From Bigelowiella natans CCMP2755 (Eukaryota > Protista > Cercozoa): DNA of 64,000 nt. The stretch is from assembly GCA_000320545.1 (NCBI GenBank), contig ADNK01002346.1, forward strand, positions 60,489-124,488. Direction: 5' to 3'. Below the pieces are notes generated by a model. It searched no databases and was not told the origin of the DNA. It was given only the letters and a program-made list of their open reading frames with translations. The position numbers and the translations under genes were made by a program. Shown one piece after another: positions 13,601 to 25,216 of the stretch. Numbering within the stretch: the stretch's first letter is position 1; every line of letters starts with the position of its first letter.

Positions 13601-15020
13601 TCTCAAATGCGACACCGAAATCACCAGCCTAGTATAGTGTGGAGAACACACAGGAAATGAATATAGACAGAAGGAATACGCGTTTCTATGTCGCTTCTAA
13701 TTTTAGCAGCATACAAGCAGTAAGCTGAGGGTTTGTATAGAGTTCTCGTCGTCGTTACTATCGTCACTTTGCCGCAATGGTAATGTAGAGCATCACTGCC
13801 TCAAAAGGCTGCTACCATATTCGCGATCATCTCATCGTTGTCGGTCTTGCCATCATGCCCCAGATTGAAAGCTGAAAGCGTCCGAACAAAACCCTATGAG
13901 ACAAAAGCAGACAAAGAATCTCGATGGGATGTTCCAGAACATTGGCATGATACTTGTACGTAGTTTGCACCCTCCTAACAAGTTGCGACAATAGTACACC
14001 TGCCCCGAGGCCCACTGAGTGTTCAGTCCTTCCCAGATTTCATCGGTTATGTAATGCACCTACGAATTGTGTTCATGTACACAAATAGCGGAGAGGGGAG
14101 GAGCGACAAAGCCTAAGGAAACACTGCGGCTCACACACGAAGTAAATCTCTGAAATTACCGATACTCCAAAAAGAAACGCAACAAGTCTGGCCGTGTCGG
14201 AAGACCAATTGCCTCTGAATAGCATCAATAAAGATAGATGTGTGAAGGAAAGTTCATTTTTAAATTACCACATCGGATTATCACCTATCAAAACTTAGGT
14301 TTCTTCGAACTGGCAGGTACTCTCAAGTATTTACATAAACTCCTAGTTTACCTTTGGAAGTCATCTCTACTTCTAATATACCGCACCGCCGCCGCTTGCC
14401 ACTTTGGCCAATGTGCTTCCTGACAAGAAATTGCGTATTCCTTTCTCATCATCGCCGATCGATTTGTTTTGGTCAAAGGGGGGGTACACACCTCTCCAGC
14501 ATCGTGATGATCGGCATACTTTCCACACGCGTACAGAAAGTCGGGAAAGTCTGAGCCAGCCTAAATGGTAGTGATATTGTTGTTGTAAAAATCGACGTTA
14601 TCGATGGTACTTCGTCTTCATCATGTCGACCTCTACAGCCTCTGGGTACATGGCAAGTGCATCATTGTAAAGGGTTCGATTAGGAGAGAGCATTATCTTC
14701 CCGTAATACCTGTCAAGCATATGAACACGATATGCATGCCGATGCGATGATGGAATATAAGATGAATGTATGCATTCTACTGCTTTTAGTCTCGAGTGTT
14801 TTACCTCGCCGCCCTGTGCCCGACCATCGTATGCTTTGCACAAAACATTCAATTTATAAGAAAAAGCCTCGTGAAACTTCCTTATCACCCTTCTTATATT
14901 ATGACAAGTATAGTCAACCGTATTCATTCCAGCTGCATCCACCGAAGGGATCCCGATTGCATTGAGAAGAAGGATGAGAGCGACCATCCGAACACAATGC
15001 CCCCCCGTTGCAGAAGACAT
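8820..15020 (-). CDS. Glycosylphosphatidylinositol-specific phospholipase D-like secreted protein (Zn-dependent catalytic domain plus FG-GAP repeats); 3' end approximate
   Basis: Signal peptide MVALILLLNAIGIPSVDA, then AGMNT, AGSDFPDFLYACGKYADHHDAGE, AHWPKW and HYITDEIWEGL. FG-GAP repeats: YYGSASTFGDFDSDGIMEIAVAAYG, RFGHAVLAMDINMDGVCDLIVGAP, DVNDDGHDDLLMGCP, FFGQSL...LVVGAPGY. This layout matches the GPLD1 family. Confidence 0.85.
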
Positions 15021-15700
15021 GATGGCGTTACTGAAAGGCAAAGATTTCGGCAATGCGTGAAAAAGACTGTCGCAGGGAAAAATTGTCAGTAATATTAACG
15101 TTATTCTACGAGTCGTATGCGATAAAAAATAGATGATGGCTTTGATAACCTCAGATGTCAAACCAATCATTCCACTAAACTGCAAGAGCATCACATGTTT
15201 ATTTGAGACTCGAAACGATGGAAGCACCAGAGGGTTTTGGCATTTTTATTACGAAGAGACATATCATTTTAGTTGTCGTAGAATGTTATTTACCAATATT
15301 CTCCGTGGAGCTGCTTACTTTTTGCGTATTAAGGAAAATCTTAAAATCGCTGCTTGGTTCCGAAGGAAGGGGGTCCAAAGAAGCAGGGAGCTTTCGTCAC
15401 AACACAAACCTAAAAGCCAACGAACGTACAGACATCTCAGAACTAGAGGGGATAGCATAGTGAAGATAATTCAGGCTAAAGCGTGGATCCGTTTTATGCT
15501 CATGATGCGTTACTCATTTGTTTTAAAAGCTATTGCTAGCTCAACGAGGCACGCCGCCGAACCCTTTTTTTTCACTGAACGAAAATCAGTACGATATATT
15601 TTCCCAACTGTGCCAAAGCAATAAACACTTACTAATTATGCCTTCAATTCTCATTTCAATCAAAGATTGGATCGAAGTTCCGACCCGAAACAAAGTAGTA

Positions 15701-16523
15701 ATGTTTCTTTCTTCACGACGTGGACTTCGAATCGGTACCGCGGTCGCCCGTATTTCTCGCCGTTACCAGCTGAGTCGCTCATTTAGCACAGAAGCCCCAC
15801 GATATCCGATACCTCCATTCACCCTTGAGACAGCAATTGAGAAGACTAAAATGGCAGAAGATGCTTGGAACACAAAAGATCCAGAAAAGGTTGAACTGAG
15901 GCGAAATGATGAAATTTACTCTGTTTAACGTTTTCCAACGAAGGTTTCGATGGCATATTCCAAGGATTCTGAATGGAGAAATAGGAGCGTTTTTGTCAAA
16001 GGAAGGTTTTCAAGCTGACTTTTGCCCCTGCAATATAGCATCATAATTTGTATCGCAGGAGCGAAATCAAAGAGTTTCTTACCGATAAATGGAAAAAAGA
16101 ACTTGACTACAAGCTTGAAAAACGATATTGGTGGCTTATACAGCGATTTCTGAAGGTTTTGCAATCCTTGATTATGTATTCATGGTAGGTGTCACGCCAA
16201 TAACAGAATCGCAGTTCGATTTGCTTATGAATACCGAAACGCAGATGGAGAATGGTAGAGCTAAGATACCTTGTGTACCTTTTTATTATTTGATTTAGAT
16301 ACATTCAGGTTCCGAGCTCATGGCAATGAAAATTGGGAGTTTGATGAGCTTGGCTATATGACTCGCCGTGAAGGTTCGCATTCAGTCAACAATTCTGTGG
16401 TATGCAGAAAACTAAGGCACTTGTTTCACAGCTTCTATTAACGATGTTCCGATTGACAAATCTGAGCGCGTGATCGCAATTGACGGTCCACCTCAAACGA
16501 AGGACAATCCAAAATGGACATGA
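15701..16523 (+). CDS. DUF1348 / SnoaL-like (NTF2-fold) protein with a predicted mitochondrial presequence
   Basis: Spliced product: ...[66 protein letters not shown]...[12 protein letters not shown]...[30 protein letters not shown]. Five introns of about 45-60 nt. The N-terminus is Arg/Ser-rich and ends RSFST. Confidence 0.92.
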
Positions 16524-16559
16524 AAGAGATGGTGCACATTTTCAACAAAGCATCCTCTT

Positions 16560-17760
16560 CGTTTTCAGTCATTTGTAGTGTTTGCACGCGCACGCGCTAG
16601 CGCGTGCAAATGACTTGATCAAGTGATGCATGCACTGATCGCACTGCTAAATCACTAGATCACGACACATGCGCATTGCATGCACATGTGGTGAGCACCA
16701 CGCAAGAAGAAAAAAACAGTCTCTGCATAGATCATGCACGGCTAACATGTTGTGATGTCATTGTGTGTGCATGCGCGGCGATGCGTGCCACTCTAGCACT
16801 CTGCTAGTCTAGCACTGCTAGACTGGAATGTGGAATGGCTAGCTCAGAGCTAGAGCCGCCTGACAGCCGCGATGGGGTTCAGATTCCTTCTCGTCAACGC
16901 CCTTTCTAGCTGTGACCTCGTCAACAGGTGCCTGCTGTTGATGCTCCAGTCTAGCAGTGCTTTGTGCAGTTAGCCAGTCTAGCAGTGCTCACTGCAGCTC
17001 GCGATTGTCGAAGGACATCGAAGCATTGATTTCTGTGAGAGTGGTGTTGAGACGCATCATCTGTCGTGAAGTACTGACACAAATGTTCCCATCTGGGCTT
17101 GCAAACGGCAGGTCTGGATTGGGGCATTCACGTGCAAGTCCCACAATCTTGGACACACACGAGGCGCAAATCACACTGGCACAGTCCGGCAGTCAGGCTA
17201 GCAGGCGGTCCTCAGCTTTCTAGCTTTCGATTCTGAGGTGCATGTGCGCATGCGTGCGTGCATTTACGCATCTAGGCATGTTGCTGAATGAAAACAGTGG
17301 CAACACTTCCATGGGCATCTGCAACAAGCAGACGCCAGCGGTCGTGAGGGCAGGGTGTGCACGCGTGCCATCACGCATAACCATCATACGCAAGTGGCTG
17401 TGCGTGCGGGCGGGTCAATTTGGCAAGTCTAGAAGTGTGACTTTGATGGACAGCTACGTGTGTCATGCCATGCAAGCAAACAATGACTGCCTCTTGTGCT
17501 TTCGTTCGCTGGAGCTTGCTGCTAGCTGTGCAAGCACGCTGCAACAACACAACCCGGCCACCGGGAACCATCGTGAGCACTTGCAACCCAAGAGAATCCT
17601 CGAGAATCCCCCGAGTTTTTTCCAACAAAAGAAAAGCACATGGTGCACACGGTTCTCCTTGCATTGAAGCATTCATCAAAATGTGCATGCGACTTGAGAT
17701 TCTGCACAAATGAGGTTGTTTTCGCCTGCATTTTGTCGCATGTTGTTGTTGTTTGCGACT
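16560..17760. other. TpA-depleted intergenic tract
   Basis: Hand count about 25 TpA in 1.2 kb, about 16 of them within CTAG. CpG, CpA and TpG are abundant. Confidence 0.8.
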
Positions 17761-17904
17761 ACCTTTCTTCTTCCTTCTTGCTTCAGCGTCATCGTCCTCC
17801 CACCCCTGACAAAAACTAGAAGAAGAACCAGAACATAACAATAATAATAACAGATCTGCTCCTCCCACAAACACGACGTCACGCCAAAGAACCCGCCCAA
17901 TCCA

Positions 17905-19111
17905 ATGCCTTCTGTGGTATCCATTAACACAAGCAACAAAGGAGCGAATCATTCTGATCTACGACTTCGACGGAGGAGTGGAGATACGAAAATGATGAGA
18001 TCTGGAGAAAAACATAGAAAAGCTCCCGATACAAGTACAGCTCCTTTAAAGATAAGAAGAGAATTCTACTGGTGTGGAAATTCAAGAGCAAACTATTCTC
18101 GCAAGGATAAGAAGAAAATGTTCGATGCTCAGATGGGAAATCTTCACGTAAAACGAAACACTGATTATGGATGCGTCGGCGACTGCATTGTCAGCTATAG
18201 CAACATATGCGATGAATTCGGAAAACTTGCAGCTGGATTTGGGTTTTGGTTTCTGAGACTTTTCCTATTTATAGTCAAAGCTCTATTTGAACCAATTTAT
18301 AGCCGTCTCCCGTGTTTTAACATTGCTGACGGGGCTAGAATTACCTTAACTGAGTCCATTATGGCGTGGTAAAGCGAAGAACCACTTAATAAACACAACA
18401 TTACAGAATAATATAATAATAATGATATAATGAATATAAGGACGATAATGCGCACTTATTAGAGAATATTATGTACTTTCTTTCATTTAATTCCCAGTGA
18501 GAAATATTTTGACAAAGAGCACCTTCCTTCTTGTAATCACTCTCCTTCTTGTCATGTAAGAAGGATGCTGCGGTTTGTCGCCCATTAGGATCCTCATTGC
18601 TGCAATATGTGCCTATGGGTTCATCTACGTGCTCAAAGTTGCGTGTGACTACGAGCCTGATTGCATCACCTTTCGAACGGAAACCGGAGCGTTCATGCTG
18701 GCAAAGGCTTTCGGAAAAGCTGTAACAGCATGCTTCATTGTCGCGATGATATTTGTCCTGAAGCCTGTCACCGAGTACATCGAGACGTAATACAATTAAT
18801 TCAGCTACTTTTGCCCATTTTTGTTTGTTGCATTTGACGACGATTTTATTTTGGTCGATGCCTCGCTTAGACTTCCTTTCGAGAAACGCTGGGGAGCAAG
18901 TTGGAGATCAGTACACCAGAGCTTCATGAATCTTGCAGTGCTTTTTGCGCTTGCTCACTTCTTGGCGCATATGCAGAGAAAGAATAAAGCAAGATTGCCG
19001 GATCTGTATGAAACTTTCCAATTAGTGACAGGAATCATGCTCTTTGGGCTTTGGGTTATAGCTGGATCCCCATTTTGGTTTAGGCGATTGAATGGCACGG
19101 TAGTAGTAGTG

Positions 19112-19145
<34 letters not shown>

Positions 19146-21034
19146 AAGTGAATTACATAATATGATCGAAATGATGAGAAAGAATTATGATAAAGAATAA
19201 TGATGATCGGTCTGGAATCGAAGAAGCAAGTAGGAAATAAAAAGAAGAGGATATTGAAATTTGTGTTCCGAACTACTGCTATATTTCTCACCACTCATTT
19301 AAAAATTGCAGATAGACATGAAGAAGTTGTGCAGACCCTTCGTCGTGATTTTTGATTCGTGTTTCTCCAGAGTTCATCGGTCTTAAATTCGTACATATGT
19401 TGTTAGTAGATACAAATTAGATATACATTTTCATCAAATACACGTACAGCTATAACAACCATGCTGAGAATCCTAAATAATCGGCAACCACAACAGTAAC
19501 AACAACAACAACAACCGCCACCACAACTAGAATCAAGGTTCGGGTAACTTGGAAAGGACACGTGGAGTGGTACGAGCTGAGAGGAGATAGGCCCTGGGAT
19601 GACTTGCTCTACAAAATAAGGAGGGGGTTGAATGATGATGATGGAAAAACGATAACACTAGATAGAGGATGGGTGTACAGCTCGAAACACCACACGTTAC
19701 GTTTGGTGAGAACAAACGACGAGCTGAACGATGCTCTGCACAATGTTAAAGAGCCAGTCATCAGGCTTGATGCTTCTGGTCTCGATATATTAGATCATGA
19801 AGATATTGAGAAAGCTCCAACACCTCCTGAGCTCTCGCCCAAAAAAACAGCGCTCACGAAAAATAGCAGCAGCATCAAGAAATCGTTTAAGAAGAACGCC
19901 TTGAATGAACTGAAGGAGCGCAAGGAGGTCTTAGACGATGAGGACGAAGGTAGCAAAATTAGTCGGGTATCTATCGAAGAAATTACTCACATGGAGAAGA
20001 AAGGTGATGGTAGTAGTAGTGCTACATCGGAAAATGTGAATAATGATGCAGTAGAGAAGGCCCTCGTTACTACTACAATTGAGCTTGTGGAAGCTGTGGG
20101 GGAAAAAAAGGATACTATGACCCAGTTTATCAATAGCAAACTTCCTGATCCTAGTCGCCTACTACCACAACGACGACCAACAAGCAGCACCAACCGGAAA
20201 GTAAGGACAACATAATATACCCATTCCTCTCTCATTTCTGACTCCTCTTTCTCTGTACTTACTACTCGTAACAAACCACTACTTTACAACAAATTTGAAA
20301 TTATTGTGATGGTGGTGGTGGTGATTGGCAGGTGGACGTTCTGGTTTCATTCGATAACGAAGCTAACATATTCCATCTCCGCATTGCAAAGCCTTGGGAT
20401 GATTTGATTGTAGGATTGAAAGAAACATTTGTAGTTGATGAAGAGCGAGGCTGTTTTACGCAGACAGTTAAAGGTACCACCACCACCACTATCATCATCA
20501 TCATCATCATCTTCATTATCATAATTCATGCTACTACTATATACTCCCATGACAGGTCCTTCATTGGACGGTATAGAAGGACTCTATTTTGATGGCAAAC
20601 CAGATGCGAAAGGAGAATACAAATGCACTAAAGTAGACTCGAATGAAACATTGAGTATCATGTTACAAAAAGCAGCTGCTGCTGCTGCTGCTTCTGATGT
20701 TGGTGATGATGGAAAACGAGGAGGGGGTGATAGTAGAGGAAGGCCCAGATTACTAGTATACCCAAAGAAGGTGCGGCGAAGGCATCACCATCATCATCGT
20801 CGGAATAACAACAATGAGACGACTGGTACATGTCCTTTGTTCGGCTGTAACTCCGGGAATCGTAAAGAGAAAGCATACTTCACAAGATGGATGTTCCGAT
20901 GGACCCACATCCCAATGTTTTACATTGTAAGTAGCAGTCATCTTGTTATCGACATTCATAATCAAAGCAAATTTCTTCTTTGGATATTCATGAGACTTTA
21001 CACTCATCCTAATAGCTTACTCCTATCTATTTCA

Positions 21035-21077
<43 letters not shown>

Positions 21078-21354
21078 CCTTTCCTTCCCCCTCTCTCTAT
21101 CCGTCTGTATTAGGTTGCAATCCTGTATACCATCCATGCACAAGACATTTTCCCCATAGTAATCATAATCGTCTGGACTTACTGCTACCGCTCAAGAGTC
21201 TTGCCAGTTGAGAAGATTCTATATACATTTTCACATCGTCAAAATAAATGTGCTCGGTAAGTCGAAGTAAGTAAGTAGGGAGGGACGATGATAAGTCAAC
21301 CTATTAGTACTAGTTTGTTATACGATGTTAAGATTATCATTCCTCCGCGCTCGT

Positions 21355-21392
<38 letters not shown>

Positions 21393-22392
21393 CAAGAGAG
21401 AAAGGGGGGGCGAGAAAGAGCTACAGCAAGAATATTAGTAAGCTCTTCAAATTTGCCCTCCTCCAACGTTTTCCCTTTCTTCTCCTAACTTTTCTTCCTC
21501 CTCTTCTTCTTTCTCTTCCTAAGATTCGCAAATATCCATGACGAGTATCTCTTAAATCTTCGCATTAAACTGGCAAACTCTGTCGTTCCTGATAAGTCAG
21601 TAATAGTATCAGTAGAGTAGCAGTAGCAGCAGTTGGATGTAGCTTCTCTGCACCAATTCATCACCATCATTAATAGTAATAAACGACACTGTCTATTATG
21701 TATCACCATCATTGATAGTAAGCAACGATACTGTCTATTATTCGCCTACTATTTTGTACTAATTTGTGCGTCGTTCGAATGTACGTTTACATCTCTAGCT
21801 TCCATACATTATCATACCATCAATGTACGTTTACATCTCTAGCTCCTACACGTCATCAAACTATCATTATCATTACCATCATCATCAACCACATCCTGAT
21901 CACATTACAACAAACATTTTCCTTCAGATATGGTTATTATGTTGTCCTTGGCCGTGATACGAGAGTATGCAGCTATACAATGGTCCCTGCTGAGGTAGGT
22001 GGTGTGACAATTCAAAGGATGATGAATCATGATGATGATGGTGATATTGAAGAGAGCGAGGAGGAGGTGAAAGGGGAGGAAATAGGAGAGACTTACTTAC
22101 ACCCCAGCTTATGACAAATACTACTATATATGAAAGTTTATGTGAATAATGCTGATAACATGATGATTAAATGCTGCCTGCTTGCTGCGGATACAGGGTG
22201 GAAGCGAGATTCGGCTGACAATAAAGCACTGCACTTTCATCGACTCCGTCCTAGATCAAATTGCTGCTAACGAAAACACCGGTTGGAGGAGCAACAAACA
22301 AACAAACATGCATCTTCCAGCATTCATTCATTAACAAATAATAAGAATACGATTAGTTATGATATTTAGTATTCTGAGGACGATGGTCATTA

Positions 22393-22428
<36 letters not shown>

Positions 22429-24122
22429 AATAGTGGACGTTGAGGAATTGGCAAAGACTGGACAGACATGGTTGTGTGATTAAAACAACACTCACAACAC
22501 TTATTCCCTTCATGGCATCAGTGAGAGGAGGAGGAAGAAGAAGAAAAAGAAGAAGAAGACGACAAGCTCTCTAATGACAAACACATAGGTATAATCTTGG
22601 AAGAGGATTCTTCAAAGTCTATGGACCCTTCATGTCTTGTGATCACACTATTGCAAACGCTGAAAGGGTTGTTATGTTAGTAGGAGGACACTAACCACCT
22701 TCGATCCCCCCACGAAAAGAACAATATGAAAGAGTGGAGAGTGCTATGAGATAATATGAAAGACAAGAGCACAATATAGTATATGATATCCCTCTATCAA
22801 AGCGCATATAATAATATAAATACTGTGAGAAATTCATGGTGATGGTTATGATAATGATGATGATGGTAGTGATGGTGGGCGATATGATATTCTACGTGAT
22901 CAGGTTGCAGTTTTGGTGCAAACGACTGGTAGCGTGGTATCTGACACTGTCATCAGCTTTCAGAACATAAGAAAGTAGTTGAGTTGTTTGTTGTCGTGAT
23001 CTAAGAAGCTTCACATTAACCATAAGCGTGTAGTAGTAGTAGTAGAGAGAGAAAGAGAGAGAAGTAACTGAATCACCTGAATTATAGCAAGACTGCACGA
23101 TTATACACACCTCCATCATTTCGTCGTACTCTTACCATGCCAGACGAATGAGTGCTATTATCATTATGACCATAACAACAATAACAATAACAATAACAAC
23201 AATAACAGCTACTACTATGGCTGTGATAATAATAACAACCTAAAACTAGGTACTGGGACAAGGTTGTTGTCTTTCCAGTTGGCTCGGCACTCATGAATTA
23301 TGATGGTGATAGTAATGTAAAATCATCGTCGGTGAATAACAAAGGGGAGCAGCGGCAAGAGACCACCATTTTTACAAACACTGATGTACAGAACTGGAGC
23401 TCCTCAGAACAAAAGTAGTAAGTGTGCGGGAGAAGAAGTAGCCATATCACGAATGTTGTTTTTAAATAAAATCTGAGATACTACTCGGAACATAATAATA
23501 AAAACCATAATTTCATGATGTGCGTTTATCTGTTCATTTCTCCCGCGTTGAATCTGTTTACTTACCTATAAATAATTGTCACAGATACAAGTGGATTATG
23601 AATCGTATCGATAGAGAAATAGCTGGAGATCAAACGCTACTACCTATGCCTTGCAACCTCAACTCGGCTATGACTCCGAGAAGCCCCCCTCCTCTTGAAG
23701 AAGATCCAACGAAAAAGTTCATGGAGAATAAAATCCCTTATTGGCCAGATTCTGTCAGCTTCAAAGGAAAGGTAAGTGAGGATGATTTCGCTTATGATAA
23801 TGATAACAACAGAAAGTCATCAGTGTTTCAGTGTTTCTTATGAGCGATTGATATTTTGGAAACAACACTGTTCATTTGTCAGCTTCCAGTGGAAGTGCAA
23901 AGAAACAAGGATGATATCGTTGTCATAGGCCTTCACCGTATTCAGAGGAACCTTGCAGAGCACATATTGAAGCAATTACAAATCTATAACTATAACATTT
24001 TGGTATGCAGTGGAGCTTGGGCAAACCATATTCATGACATCCTAGAAGATGACAAGTTTGACCCAGTTGAGGAGAAGCCACTGGAAAAAGTAAAGCTACA
24101 TCTTGAGCTCTTTGGGGATTAG
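17905..24122 (+). CDS. NADPH-oxidase/ferric-reductase-like transmembrane protein with a large loop insertion and a divergent dehydrogenase domain (start 17905 or 17992)
   Basis: TM2 LAKAFGKAVTACFIVAMIFVLKPV; TM3 HQSFMNLAVLFALAHFLAH (H-x13-H); TM4 TGIMLFGLWVIAGSPFWFRR; TM5 FRWTHIPMFYI|VAILYTIHA (H-x13-H); TM6 DIFPIVIIIVWTY. Then CSYT, IRLTIKA, KVYGPF, ILVCSG and a C-terminal LHLELF in the NOX order. Confidence 0.8.
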
Positions 24123-24139
24123 CTTTATCTAGTTATTGT

Positions 24140-25130
24140 TAGCATCTAGTTAGCGTAAAGAGCCGTGGTGAGACGTATTTGCATGATGAGGCTACGTCTA
24201 GATGCAACCAGTAGATGCAAGAAGCAATTTCTTGAGTGCTGCAAGTCTCGCAACACACACCTTGCCATGCATGCGCACCTCTGATCTGTTGTCAACATGT
24301 CGATCACGCACATGAGTAGCAGACCATGCATTTGTGACTTCATGTGCAACTTTGATTCCACCATGCGATCGAGCACAAATTTGAAACATGCGTGCGCTAG
24401 ATTCTGCTCATCTCATGTCATGACAATGACCGCTTAGCGCTTCTCATTTGACAACACAACAAAGCAAGTTTCATTTCCACGTGGATGACACCCAGAGCAT
24501 GCCGCTTTTGCACGTCAGACGTGCTTTAAGTGTGCACCGCACTTCGTGCACACACACACATTGCTAGATTGCACGTGACACACCACACTTGCACTTCACT
24601 TTTTCCTGCCCTGGAGCAAATAATAGTTCACCTACAAGGTCACAAGACTTTTCAAAAGCGTCTCGCTTTGACATGCAGTCGTGACGACGGTGCATTGACG
24701 AGCACAAAATTGAAGTGCACATGCGCTGAGCTCTGTGCATCTCACGTTGTGGCAATGATCACTTGCTAGCTTCGCGCTTCTCGTTTGACAACGCAATGAA
24801 GTGAACTTTGTTTCCACGTGGACGTTCAGAGCACGCCGCATTTTGCACGCACTTCTTGAGACGGAGTATAAAACAATAGTTAAAACCTTCATGATTTTGC
24901 ACGTTGCTCTTATTTGCTCACGCAAGTTCAATGCTGTACTGTGTGCGGCAACACATGCACGTGCGACGTACGTGTTTCAATGAGAAGCGGCGTTCGCATC
25001 GTGCGCGCCCATGTCCAGACGTCTAGGTGTTGACACGCCACTCACACTTCGTGGACTGAACCACCACGTTGACAACGACTGTGGATGGCAAAATCCTGAT
25101 TTTTCCCATGCAATTGGCACATTGAGCAAT
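24140..25130. other. TpA-depleted intergenic tract between convergent genes
   Basis: Long stretches (about 24220-24860) have very few TpA, mostly ctag, ttag or ctac. Overlapping ORF translations are Cys/His-rich and nearly Tyr-free. Confidence 0.75.
24371..24849 (+). repeat. Degenerate direct repeat, two copies of about 145 bp (24371-24514 and 24700-24849)
   Basis: Shared blocks gagcacaaa, tgcgct, catctca, caatga, gcgcttctc, tttgacaac, tttccacgtgga, cagagca and ttttgcacg occur in the same order. Confidence 0.85.
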
Positions 25131-25216
25131 CTCTAGACCTTCTTGGCTTCTTGATAACTAGATAACTTGTAAACTTTCACGCTGTATGTCTATTATGGAA
25201 CATGAATAAAGGTTGT

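Noticed and set aside
16957-17952. Cluster of overlapping ORFs up to 193 aa
   Set aside because: Same TpA-depletion artefact. No motifs or consistent splice structure.
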